The notes beneath the pieces were generated by a model, which was not told the origin of the DNA, did no database searches, and saw only the letters and a program-made list of their open reading frames with translations. A DNA stretch of 64,000 nt from positions 46,812,001 to 46,876,000 of the forward strand of contig NC_045697.1 in assembly GCF_009834535.1 (NCBI RefSeq), read 5' to 3'. A program made the position numbers and the translations under genes. Shown here piece after piece: positions 37,838 to 50,850 of the stretch. Source of the stretch: Camelus ferus (lineage: Eukaryota). The number at the start of each line of letters is the position of its first letter. Positions within the stretch are counted from its first letter, which is position 1.

Positions 37838-39927
37838 CTCACTAGGATGTATTTAGTTCTCTATGGAATATCCCAGCTGTTGAATTAATGTGTTAAGAAA
37901 ATACATGTGCACAGTTACCTTAAGCTCTACCGACTTTGAGACCATAGCTACACCATTTGTGTTGATATCATTCCCATATTATTTTATAAAGGGGTATGAA
38001 CACGCTACACAAATGACCGAATGAGCATGTGCCCTTTATAACTAGCCTCTTGTGAATGACACACCACAGCTCAATGAAGGAGGATGCATCACCTGGGTTT
38101 TGGACCACACCACCCCTCACTCCATGTTTTCAAAGAGAATTTTCTGCTGCATTATGTATTCCCTTTGCCAAAATGACTTCGGTAATGCTAAAGACACGGG
38201 ATAAACTCACAGTCAAATGTTACATGTAAAAGAAAAGTAGCAAGCCACTTAAAGGAGCATTCTTGGTCCAAAATACTGCTAACATTCTCAGAAATTAATC
38301 CATATTTGATGAGGTGACTTAGTTCCCCACAATTTTCTAAAACTTCCATTATGTATTAACAGGTCTGTAATACACAGTCTTTGTAGCACAAAACCCCCAT
38401 AGACATTGATACTTAGACTAGAAAAGAAAGTTCTGAAGAGTGATTTGGGTGAGTCACACATTTCACACATGTACCAATCAGTTGCAATATCATATGACTT
38501 TAGAGATTCTCAGATCTGATAACTTTCTAAAATACAGGTCATATACCAAAAATTCTATCTGTGGCAAAAAAGAAAGGAAACATTCAAAGGTATTAAATAC
38601 AAACAAATCTAGCATATACTTCAGAATATCTATAAAAACTTTCCTTAGGAAACATTACAAAATAAACAAAACAAATCCCTACTTCACCTTATCATCAACC
38701 CCACCCTCACTGCTCAAGAGGCTGGTGCTTATTTGCTTTCTGTTCAGGTTGTTTGCCCATTTCACAGCTCCCATGTTGGCATAGCTAATTTCAATTGTGA
38801 AAAAAAAATCATATATATATATATATAAAAGCATGATTTTTAAATCAGTATAAAAGCAAATCATTTCTTGCCTTTTGTAGTTTGTAGAGCAACATATGTT
38901 CTGCTTAAAACACAGATAGTACAATTTCAAAGTAAAATCAGAAGACTACTGAATAGAAGGTGGCCAAGGGTTAATGTTGGGAAGCAGAAATCACTTCTCA
39001 TAAATCATTGGCTTATAAAAATAAAAAGCTTACCCTCTTCTTTTGTTCAAGGTATAACTGTCCATCCCTACTACTACCCATGGCAGTTATGTAATATGCT
39101 GCTGGGATGGAAAAATGGAACATTTGAATGCCCAAGGATACATGCAGTATCATTCTATCAAAGCTTCCAACACTAAAGTGTTTGTATTATTAACACCCTC
39201 TGAAATTTACTGTAGTGACTAATTTGCTGTAGTCACCGGACAGAAATCATGTAGCATGATTTACACTACTACAAAATCTTTACTAACTTGGGCACCATAA
39301 ATTTGATCATTTAATAATTTAGTGCTAAATCTCTTCTTTTAATGAAAGGAGACTGATCATGATTATTATTAATGCTATTTTTAGTTAGTTTTAAATTATG
39401 CCATTATGATAAAACATTCTACTTAATTTAATATTTCAACTCAAAATTAATTTCCAAAGTCTTTAATTCTAGTCAGTCTGCATAATTACAAGGTATTGTA
39501 ATACTCTTGCAATTGAATCTCTAAAGCGCATTTAACAATAGAGAATGTTAGGGATATCTTATTTAGGTATTGCAGCTTAGAGTTGGTCTTGGTTCTTCAG
39601 AATTCCAACAAACAGCATTCTAACTAAGAAATTAAAAATCTCATTCTTGAGAAAAAATAAACAATGGATAAAGCTCTTTATATCATATTCTGATAAAAAC
39701 ATTGCATAACTTTAAAGTGCTGTGTTATGACTTCTCTGGTTTTTTAAAGAAAAGCATGTTTTTTGAAAAATAAACAGTTAACATATCATCCTGAAGTGCT
39801 CTCTTGTTTGTTTTCTTCCAATTTACAGTACCTGATGAATGAAAAGTGAATCTTTGGCATTTTGTGGAGAGTAGTAGTTATTTCGCATGCTGACAGGTGT
39901 TACCGTAATAGCAACTTGCAACTTAAG

Positions 39928-39960
39928 ACCACCATCTACTGGCCCTGCCCAATGCTGCAA
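39928..39960 (-). promoter_or_regulatory. Candidate CTCF site (core plus upstream module)
   Basis: Minus strand reads TGCAG-cattgggcaggg-CCAGTAGATGGTGG. The core is 1 mismatch from CCASYAGRKGGCR, and TGCAG lies at the usual spacing. Confidence 0.5.
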
Positions 39961-41079
39961 AAGCTATCAGCGTGATATGCAACTGATTCTAATGGCACCC
40001 TACTGAAAAAATCTACACTCTTGTGGAGAATTTACTAAACTGGTCACCTACGTCCTGATCCATACTTAAATATTCAATTTGCACATTCTTAAAGGAATTC
40101 ACCATTCTTCAAAAAAATTAACTAGAATCTGTTGTTAGATGTTGTTACCTATGGTGATTAACTGCAGATATTTTTTCACATAATGAACCTGATACTTCTG
40201 ACTCAGACTTGATTGATAGGGATATCAAAGTTAATGCCCTGCCACAGATGAAGACACTCTGTGACAGTCAGGATTCTATTTAGAACTAAATAATAATAAG
40301 CCTTTGTTAATGAGGCCCCTTTATACTAATTGATACTGGTTTCCATTACTCAAGAGCCATGTATTGACTTGGGTGGGATACTACCACCAGGAAAGGAACA
40401 TGAAATTCTAACCTAAGGCTACAACTTTCTGTGGAATCTTTTAAAGTACTCTGATTGGTGATTTTCAGAGCTAGATGCAAATTGAGTTAAATTTCCTAAG
40501 AGATTCTACCTTAGCTTTGTTCCCTTTCAATTCCTTTGATTTGGAGTTTAGGGACAAAACATTACATTTATGAAAGCTTTGTTTCTTTCAAACTATCCCA
40601 CCTATCCTGGAGAAAGGTAATTCCTTGCTTTCCAAGTTCTTCAAATCACATCATTCATTCATTTATTCAACAAATATCGGTTAAGAGCCGCAGCCTCTGT
40701 GGCAGTTAATGGGGATGCACTGGTAAGTAGAAGAACATAATTCAAATGAACATAACTGAGGATTAAATATATATTTATATGCTCCCTGGTTCCACAAAGA
40801 AATGAAATACGGCACTATAACCAGTTATCTAGTCCTGATATTCAAAATACATTTTAGGATTTTGCAAAATTGCATATCTTCCTCCCCAACTTCCACCATT
40901 TGAAAGACATGCACAGCTGTGAGGCCACGTTTGATCACAGACAGATGAAGGGACTGTAGGCTATTCTAAGCCCCCTGGTCCTCTCTCTATATCCTGTGAA
41001 GTCTGCATATACCCATGGTGGTTTTCTATTTTTTTGTGATTTGTTTCATCATTTTCCCAGGACCCAGACTTGAAATCTG

Positions 41080-43360
41080 ATTAAAAAAGAAGCAATGAGA
41101 CGAATTCCTTTAGCTCCCCAATGCTCAGTCTACTGGTTTACCTGGACCTCTATCATTTCTGCCTTCCTGCCAGTTTCAATGGAAGACAGGTCCCTCCTAT
41201 CAAAAGTCAGGTCTCCACCACCACCCTTCCCACCTCCTCGGCCCTGGGGTCCTCAAACGATTTCCTCCTGCAATTAGGACTCTTTTTACACCACGTTATC
41301 AGTTTTCTCATCTCCACTGGATCATTCTCATTAGCATACAAAGAACTTTTAGTTTTGTTATTCAAAAAATCTTCTTAACATTCTGCTCTCTACTACCCAC
41401 TTCAGAGCAAAATTTCTTTAAAAAGTTGTCTATAGTCTCTGCCTTTATTGCATCACTTCCTAATTTTTCCTCATCCTGTTCCAGCCGGCTTTCTGCCCCG
41501 TCACCCACTGAGCTTGCACATTAAGACCACCAATGATTTACACATTTTCCCATCCAACAGTAACATTTCTGTTCTCATCTCTATAGAGCTCTCAGCAGCA
41601 TCAGACCATTCCGTCCTGGAAAGCTCCTCTGTTTTTGACTCTTAAGATACTTCTCTCAGCTCATGTTCCCTCTGTCCTTACTGACCATTCCTTTGCTGAC
41701 TTCTTATTCTCAGATAGACCTAAATATCAGATAGCCTCAGATTTTGGAACTCCTTTCTCTCTCTCTCTCTCTCTTTTTTTTTTTTTAGCAGTTTTTAATA
41801 ATTTTATTGGACACTTGGTTTTTCCAGTTCTGAATTGTCCGTCATATTCATCACCCAAAGTTCTACAACATTGAATTTCCTTTTTTTTAAATTGAAGTAT
41901 TGTTGATTTATAATGTTGTGTTAGTTTCTGATATATAGCAGAGTTATTCAGTTATACATGTATATATTCTTTTTCATATTCTTTTCATTATAGGTTATTA
42001 CAAGATATTGAATATATTTCCCTATGCTATACAGTAGGACCTTGTTGTTTATCTACTCTGTATGTAGTAATTTGTATCTGCTAATCCCAAACTCCCAATT
42101 TATCCCTTCTGCTTTCCCCCTTTGGTAACATAAGTTTGTTTTCTATGTCTGTGAGTTTGTTTATGTTTTGTAAATAAGTTCATTTGTGTCATTTTTTTTA
42201 GATTCCACATATAAGTGATATCATATGATCTTTGTCTTTCTCTGACTTACTTCACTTAGTATGATAATTTCTAGGTCCACCCATGTTGCTGCAAATGGCA
42301 TTATTTCATTTAGTAGTAGTATTGCATCATATATATACATCACAACTTCTTTATCTACCAGGTGATTTCATCCAGTCCCGTGGCTTTAAAGAATATCTAT
42401 ATTTCCAGTGATTCTGAGGTTTATTTCTCAAGCCTTGAACTTTACCTATAATTGACTTTTATCCAATAATACAATTGACTATCCAATTGACCTCTTGATA
42501 CTTCCATTTGTATTTCTAACATGCTTCTTATTAACATACTCAAAACATAACTTCCAAGACCTCTCAAGTTGTTAACATGTCAATACATAGAGCCATAATC
42601 TACCTACTCAAGCAAATATTTAGAAATCCTTTCCTTTCCTCTCCTTTCTATATCTAATCAAGTCTTGTCAATTCTACCTGCAAAATATCTCCCAAATCCA
42701 TGAACCCCATCTCTATAGCTACATACTAGACTGCTACTATTGTCCCCTAACATATTGCTTGGCTTCTATTCTTGTTGTACCATAATTCCTTTCTTACACG
42801 TTAGGCAGAGTGCCTTTCTTTAAAAACAGAATTGATATCACATAACTGCTCTACTGAAACCTTCCAAATTAGCCCACTGGCATCCAACGCCCTGGATAAA
42901 AGCAGACTCTTTTCACTGCTCTATCTTCATCTCTTTATACTCTTTTCCCACTACTTGCCTCCTTCATGTTTTTCAAGCTCGTCCAGCTCATTCTTTCCTC
43001 AGGGCTCTTGTACTTGCTGGTCCCTCTGCTGGGACACTTGCCCCCAGATGATTGGTTCCTTCCCATCATTTAGATCTCTGTGTATGTGTCAATTCCTCAG
43101 AGTCCTGTCTGGAGTATTCAGACTACGTAAACAGACCCTAATCCCTCCCTATTGCTTTCCTCTTTTATTTTCATCATAGCACTTACTGCTACCAGATACT
43201 TTCTATTGGTTATTTACTTTTGGTCAGTTCCCTCTCAGGAGAATGTGTGCTCCATGAAATCAAAGGACTTGTCTGCCTTTTTCACCATGACAACCCTAGC
43301 AGCTAGACCAGTGCATGACATATGGTAGATGCTCAATAAATGTTTGTGGAATTAGTGGAT
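41080..43360 (+). mobile_element. L2 LINE, interrupted at ~41774-42355
   Basis: 'ccactggatcattctcattagcatac', 'ctcagcagcat', 'ggtgatttcatccagtcccgtggctttaaa', and the 3' end 'catatggtagatgctcaataaatgtttgtggaat'. Confidence 0.88.
41881..42355 (-). mobile_element. L1 3' end (cetartiodactyl-type 3'UTR) inserted in an L2
   Basis: T-run followed by 'aaattgaagtattgttgatttataatgttgtgttagtttc...', the reverse complement of the same 3'UTR seen at 23.4-23.6 kb and 28.3 kb. Confidence 0.93.
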
Positions 43361-43579
43361 AAATTACTGACTAGTTACTTAATTAACAGTCCTTGACTTT
43401 CCCCAAATATCAGCTCATAGCCAGTGACACCAAATCCTGACAGCTCTTACTTTATTCTATGTATTTATTTACCTATTCCTCTTCATCCCTACAACTAACA
43501 GTCTAGCCCAGATCCTAATGACTTGGATTATTTACGGCCTCCTTGAAAACTCTTTCTTCTTCCCATCTGCACAGCTGTA

Positions 43580-43830
43580 CTATGGAGGCAAAATAGTGTA
43601 AAACACAGGCTCTGCATTTAGACTGCCTAGGTTTCAATCCCAGCTCTATCATTCACTAGCTGTTTGACCTTGGGTCAGCTATTTGGCCACTCTGTGTCTC
43701 TGTTTCCTCATCTATAAAATGGGGATAATTATGGTACCCATCTCATAGATGAGTGTGAGGAATCCGTGCATTTCCCAAGGTCATCCACGGGAAGCATTTG
43801 GAGCCTGGAAAGCATCAGTGAGTGTTAACT
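43580..43830 (+). mobile_element. MIR SINE
   Basis: 'aatcccagctctatcattcactagctgtttgaccttggg...gtttcctcatctataaaatggggataat'. Confidence 0.92.
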
Positions 43831-44169
43831 TCTTCTCTGCTTGTCCAATTAATTTTTCTAAAACACCATTCTTCCTACATCACTCCATTACCCATCATAC
43901 CTTCAAACTTTCAAGGCCTCTTAGTTCCCAAATAATTAAGAATTGGGTTTGTCCTTTGAGGCCTTCCTCAACATAGTCCCTACAGCTTTCTTTACATTAC
44001 TTTCCTTCATTCCATCATATGAACACTCCCACGTTTTATTTCAGTTAACATTTGCTAATATTGTTAGTAAACATTACATGTATATCAGAGCCAGCATTGT
44101 TGCTGGATATCTACAATAATGAAAGATACCACCTTCACCCTCAAATTCTTCCATCTCCTAAAACACTCT

Positions 44170-44620
44170 ATCAGTCAGCGTTCTTCAGTTTTGAGAAACA
44201 GAAACTGATTCTGCAAAACTTGATAGAAAAAATAAATTTATTGAAAGGATATGGAGCATCTTACAGAATTCAAGGAAAAGCTGGAAAAGGGGAAAAAAAA
44301 TGCCAGATTCAGAAAGGATAAGAATCAAGGTAGGTCCTAAGTTGCATAAACTAGAACATAGTACCTTCAGGGTCCTAACACCAGGAAGAGTCAATGTCAA
44401 CAGTTTTTCATCCTTTAGTCACTCTTCTTTTCAAGGGTTAAATCCCAGGGAAATGAAGAATAATTCAGCTGGCCTGGTTTGCATGGCTAGCCCTTAGCTA
44501 GAGGAAGGCACGGTATCTGGAGGAGGAAGAACAACTCCCAAAACAAAGTTGGAGTGTTCTTATAAGAAAAGAGAAAAGGTCATGCAAAAACTGGAAAAAG
44601 CAAAGACTACCAATAGCCAC
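44170..44620 (-). mobile_element. Ancient MaLR-type LTR (MLT1M/N-like)
   Basis: 'tcagtcagcgttcttcagtt...aacagaaactgattctg...aatttattgaaaggatatgg...cttacagaat'. Confidence 0.55.
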
Positions 44621-45959
44621 TATAAAAGTAATAGCTTATGTTTGTATAACTCTTTATAATTAAATAATTTTTACATCTCATGATCTCATATAGTCCTCAC
44701 AAAAGCACTGTGAAATAAAGCATATTATTGCAACACACAGAAATGTTGAGAAGTTTGCCCTGTGTCTGGTAGTTAATAGGTAGGATGTTGGAAATCAAAG
44801 ATAAATTCAGCCCCAAGTCCAGGATTCTTTCACCCCTACCTTGATTGTCCATTCTTGCCCTAACCTTCATTTCACTTTGCTAAGTACTAGCCTCTTTTTA
44901 GGTATAGTTCAAGCCTTACTGCCTCCCTGGGGCCTTTACAAGGTGCCCCAGATTTCAATCATCACTTCTTTCTAAGAACTTCTACAGAAGTTGTTTACAC
45001 CTGACTTAGCATTGCCTTCTTGCATTGTAATTTGTGTATTTTTATGCATCTGTTCTAAGTCCCCAAGAAAGTGACTCAGTTGTAGCCTCTACTGAACCTT
45101 CAGAACATCTCAGTATATCCCAAGTTGAAGAGAGTCCCTACATGTTCGCTGGTACTGGTTGTCTGAGAGGAAATAGACACATCTCCTGGAACGTGTCTTT
45201 TCTGTCTGTTCCTGTCTTCAACTGAATCCTCATCTCCCACCCAACAGCACCAGGAGTTTGGTTTAGGCAGGAAGGCCAGCAGTATTTCCTGTTACCTGTG
45301 AAGTCCTGGGTAATCTCCTCTAAGACCTTGCTAGCTAACACCTTGGACGGCAATGTGGTTCTGAGATAATCAGACATAAAACAGGTTTACAATACATTTT
45401 CACATTTATTAACCCATTTGATCATGTAATTTATCCAAAATACTCTCTTAGGCACACGGAGAGGCTCAGAAGCTCTGGCTGGCCCTGAGTTCCCAGAGCC
45501 AAGGTTGGCCATCATAGCAAAGTGATGGCCTGGAGTCGAGATACTGAGTGTCACCTTCTAATCTACTGCATAATTAACTTAGTTACTGTGTTTGTTTCTA
45601 ATTGTCTGTCCCTCCCACTAGAATATAGCCTCCTCAAGATCAGAGGTTTCTACACCTTGTTCTCTGATGTGTACCCCAGTCTCTAAAACAGTGTCTGACA
45701 CATAGCAAGTGCTCAACACATAGCTGTTGTGAATGGATGAGAAATCCAAAGGAGCATCCTAAGGTTCAGTGGACTCAGCAACTACAAGGACAGTCTGTGG
45801 CATCGAGTCCATGTGGAGCCGGCAACAAAAAGGTAAAGCCAGGAGGGGTTTGCGAGAGCTTGGAATCGGGAGACAGGGAGACAGTTTTTAGGGCCTCTGG
45901 CCTCGTTCACGGCTGGAAAAGAATTAGGGACACTGAGCCAACTGGGACGACAGCAACTG

Positions 45960-46360
45960 TTCTGTGTACATAGAGAAGGTGTTACTGTTCTCCTTCCCAG
46001 ATGAAGAAATAAATTGGAGGAGTCATACCCTCCAGGTTACATAGTAAGCAAACTGCAGGGCTAAGTCAAGAACCCAAGATTCAGGCAAAATTTAGTCCAG
46101 TTCAGATAAACATTTAAGAGAGCCAGTTAAACTTGTGTTGTAACTCTGGCTTACCACTCAGTAGCCACGTGACCTAATGCCAGTTTGCTTTCATCCTCAC
46201 TTGAGGCTGAGCCTCAGTTTCTCAGTCACTAAATGAGAATAATGATAGTACATATTTCCCAGATCTGCTAAGAGAATTAAGGAAGAGGATTCATGCAAAG
46301 CACTTGGTTCAGTGCCTAGCACATATGTAACCAATATACATCACTAAGAGAATAATCATC
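45960..46360. mobile_element. Two MIR SINEs, (-) then (+)
   Basis: 'cagatgaagaaat...acatagtaagca' followed by 'tgagcctcagtttctc...atgcaaagcacttggttcagtgcctagcaca'. Confidence 0.75.
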
Positions 46361-46379
46361 ACTGGTATTTTAAAATCAT

Positions 46380-47080
46380 CAAATATTTATGTAGAACCTC
46401 CTATAAAGGATACTAATGATACAAATATCAACAAGATGCAATTTTCAGCTTTCAAGTATCTCAAAGCCTAGACCTCAAGCAGATATATTAAAAACAATAA
46501 GATATGAATGGTAGTAATAAGACCAAAACAACAGAACAGAGAGAACACCACTATTGTGCACTGAGAGGTCCAGAAGGCTTCCTAGCAGAGATAACTGGAG
46601 AGAAAACCTTTAAGATTATCTAGTAGTTCTTCAGACAAAGAAATATGAACAGGGTCTTGTCATCAAAGAGAACAGGATGAAAAAGACATACATGCAGAGC
46701 GATGATAAGCAGTTTTGAGAACAAATTTCGAAGTAGAGAAAGTGAGAGATGGGGTTGAAGCAGTAGAAACTGACTAATTCAGGGCCTTGTATGTTAGGAA
46801 GCTTGAACCTTCTTTTGGCAATGGGAAGTAATAAGATGTGTTTAAAAAATAATACAGTGTGATCAGATGCTTGGCTAGATTGGCTAGATCACTGACAACT
46901 GAGTGGATGATGAATTTGAAGAGGACAAGAATAGGAACAGGGATTTCTACTGGAGGGATATTGCAAGAGTCCAAGTGGGAGACAACAAGGGGCAAAAATA
47001 AGGCAGCGGAGAGGTGAGAAGATGTCAAAGAAAAAATGTGAATCCCTAGAACTGGTTAATTGGATGGGGTTCAGGTTGAG
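46380..47080 (-). mobile_element. L2 fragment
   Basis: 'cagggccttgtatgttagg...ggcaatgggaag...gatcactgacaactgagtgga'. Confidence 0.7.
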
Positions 47081-48779
47081 GTTGGTAGGGGAGACAGTCA
47101 TGGGGAGTCCAAGAAATGGAAACAAGAGGAAGGGAAGCTGCTGCTGGCCAAATTCTTCCCAGAGAAGTTTGCAAATAGATCACCCCAGAACACCTGGTGA
47201 GAAAGAGTTCATTTTCAGCTGCTCTCTTGGAGTCATATGCTTGTCTCTGTCTTCATGGTGGTTGCAGATATGTTTTTGAGAACTTAACCAGTCTCCATTG
47301 ACTTTTACTATCTTTTTTGGTCAACTTTTGCATTTTAAATGCATTCTCTTTACAAAAGAGCAAGCTTTCCAAGTAGGAGCCAGAAGATTGAAAGCCATTT
47401 TTGTTTTAATGAATTACTATAAAATAGATTAGATGCCCTCTCAGTTTCTATAGCTGACAAATGGGAATGGCAGATTCCATGCCTTCCCTTCCTGTGAACA
47501 ATTAAGCAAGACATTTAAGGACTTTTAGCAACAGAAAAAAAAAAAAAACCCACATTAAAATATTCTAGTCCTCTTTCAAAATATCAAATGTATTGTCAAG
47601 GAGATTAAGCATTGGTATAAGGTCTCCTCCCCCTATATTGTAAGCTTCTTAAACATAATAAATTAACAAGCACTCGTTAGTATCCAACACAATGCCAGAC
47701 TTAACTGTAAATTTAGCATGCTGTTTACAGCATATCCTTTTAAACCCTAAATTATCTAACTCTGAGGATCTTCTCGTTTTTACAGAAACACTTTCACTTC
47801 TCTTTTCTATCAGTTTTCAAACATCTCAACTTTATAATCTTTGTCCGTAGTAACCTAGAACCCTGGTCTATTTTCACAATTCTAGATTTTGGTTGTACAC
47901 TTCAGCTTTCAGGATAAGACACTATCTTCATGCAAACATCAAATATAAATTCTAAATCAACAGAATGTGCATAAAATCAATGTAACTTTGCAAGGTCTAT
48001 GCTACCTTTTTACTAGTATAAATGACAGAAAAGAAGAGCTGATGATGTATTTGTCAAATAAATGAATGAAAATATTACCTTACCCTAAGACAAAGTCTGT
48101 GTCTGGTAGACTATCATTCCTAAAATGATCTTCAACTTGTAGAAAAAGAATTGCCTCAATTTTCCCTTTTCTTATGCCAGAATTAATTCCAACTTCTCAT
48201 CTCCTCTCCCTATGACAAACATTTGTCTTCCTCAGAAATCCCCATCATGAAACTATACACTGTGACAACTGTGTTCAGGGACAGAACTGGTCTCTATGTT
48301 TTCCAAATGATGAGGCATGTATAGTCTGTACTTCAACTTGACAATGTGTGTGTACTGTGTAACTTAATGAGCACCACAAAGGAGAAATCTATGGAAATCT
48401 CTGTGAAGAGAAAGTATTAGGATATAATTACTCAACAGATCTAGCAATAAAATTCTTCTAAATAACTATTATCTACAAGGTAGCTCCTTACAGATTCCTA
48501 TTTCTTTCAAGCCATCAACAATCAGGACCTGCACTGGTAGCTAGGACCTGTCACAGGTCCTAGTTTTCAGTCTTTGGGAAACTAACACATAGCTCTTTCC
48601 TGGAAAACAAGATAAAAGGGAAATAAACTATGTTAAGTTTCTTCTAGGTACTGTAGATTAAACACTTCTATGAATATTATATAAAGTTGCAATCACTATG
48701 AAAGTAGCCATCTTGAATGTGGTGCTCAAGGCTGTATTCAGAGCCTAGTAGTGCCAAACACACAATAGATGCTAATAAC

Positions 48780-48980
48780 AATAGTAGTTAAGATGGCTGG
48801 GTACCTTTTATTCACTGTGCACTGTTCAAAGCACTTCTCATATACTAGTTCATTTGATTCTCACAGCCATGCTATAAAGTAGTTATTATGTCCATTTTAT
48901 AGATGAGAAAACTGAGGCTGAGAGGTTAAGCAACTTGCCCAAAGTCACCTAGGCAGCAGAAATGGGATGCAACCTGGTCC
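48780..48980 (-). mobile_element. MIR SINE
   Basis: 'ccattttatagatgagaaaactgaggctgagaggttaagcaacttgcccaaagtcac'. Confidence 0.93.
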
Positions 48981-50269
48981 CCATCCTTCCTCACTATGTT
49001 AGACTTGTCAAATGAACAAATCAACATCTTTTCCTTTAGGAACTGGTAACTTTTTATATTGAGATAGCCCTGAGGTTGAGGCAAAAATCTACTTTTTCCA
49101 AAGCTATAGTGCCTGCCTTCTGTTGCACAGATAATGTAGTGTAAGTTTCCCCTCTTGCTTCGTAAATCCCAGGTAAAGGCTCTTTCTCCCGCACTTCACC
49201 TCTTGTTCTTCACAGCTCAGTACTAATCATCAGCCCATAATGCAGTGTAGAATTGCCAGCACCATCCCGATGATGTAGTTATTTCCAATTGGCACTTGGG
49301 AGCAGTGAGGATAGGAGGCATTACTCATAGCCAAGAGTACAGATGTTTCTAATTGCTTTCCATTACCAAGAATAACAGCTGTTTACATCTATCAGCAAAT
49401 AATTCACAAGAGCTCCAGACTATTAAGATAACACACCCCACCTGGTCACCATCACAAGTTGTCAAGGCCAAGATAGAGGCTGCCAGAATCCCCTTCTGCA
49501 TCTCTGTTCATCAACTGACAGCATGTGTCACCTTCAGATATCCTTATGCTACCCCACAAGCTCTGGCTTCTTGGTGGCCTGACACATCAAATGGACATAT
49601 GGATTCTTCATGGCTTTGCAGTAAATGTTTTATGGTTATCTTGCAGCCAAGGGCAGCTGACACGGAGGAGCAAGGGACTTGCAAATAGCCTGATGAAAGA
49701 ATTTTTGCACTTTTTTTTTTTTCCACAAAAGAGGAAGAAGTGTTCTGCTTAGAGGAGTTTCGCAGCTGCAATGTACTTAACTTCCTTTAACACACCAACA
49801 CGTTGCACTGGGTGATAGATTATGTAGTTCAATAGCATCCTGGGGACCTGGTCACGTATTTGGATATATGCCCTAAATGGACAGACAATGTTAACAGTTC
49901 AGTGAACTTTACGAGGCAGTTTTATCAGGCACAAAAGAATACAAATATTACAACACATCGCAGATATTTGGAGTTAAAAAGACCAATAGTACCTCCTTGC
50001 CAATGCAACATTGATCCTTCCTGCATGGTTTTTTTCCAGTCTAGTTTAGTGACTCAGGCAATTAGTCTCTACTATATTTTCTTTCTATGGAGACTAGAGT
50101 CTAACACAACTTTCTGTGGTCTGGCTTCCTCTGAATTTATGTCTAAAATTGACTTTCCACACATTCAAACACATATTTTTAATTCATAGATTTTTAAAAT
50201 AAGAATAATAGAGTGTCATCTATTTAAAATTACGTAACTACAAAACTATGTAAACTGACAAATTCCCTT

Positions 50270-50850
50270 ATGGCTGCAGAAGCTGGTCTCCAAAGTGCCC
50301 ACTATCAGTTCCTCCCTTCCTTGTGCTTGTACATCATTCCCCCATCAAGACATGAAATCTAGGGAGTCCTTTGAAGCTGGGATGGTCTCTGACTGTTTTG
50401 ATCAATAGAATATGCCGGAAGTGATACTTTGCCAGTTCTGGGCTTTATTCTTAAGAGAACTAGCAGTTTCTGTTTCCTTTACCTTGAAACTCCTGCTCTG
50501 AAGGAAGCCAAGTACCATGTAAGAACCCTTATTACCCCCAGAGCTCCATGCTGTAAGGGAGCCCAAGGTAGCCAAGCAGAGAGGCTGTACGGAGAGAAAA
50601 TGATAACAGCCTCTCCCCAGCTGTTCCAGACATCCCAGCCCAGGTGCCGGAGATGTGAGTGATGAACAACTTGGACATTCCAGCATCCCAGCATCCCATC
50701 TCTAGCTGTTCAAGCCATCCTAGCTGAGGCTCTACGTACCATGCAGTGGAGACAGACTGACCTAGAGTTACTGACCTACAGAATTGTAAGCATAATAAAA
50801 TGTTATTTTTTTTAATATTATGCAGCAACTGGTAGCTGGAACTGGAACAC
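50270..50850 (+). mobile_element. MaLR LTR (MLT1G/H-like)
   Basis: 'tgactgttttgatcaatagaatatgccggaagtgat...ccatgctgtaagggagcccaag...gacctacagaattgtaagcataataaaatg...tatgcagcaa'. Confidence 0.85.
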
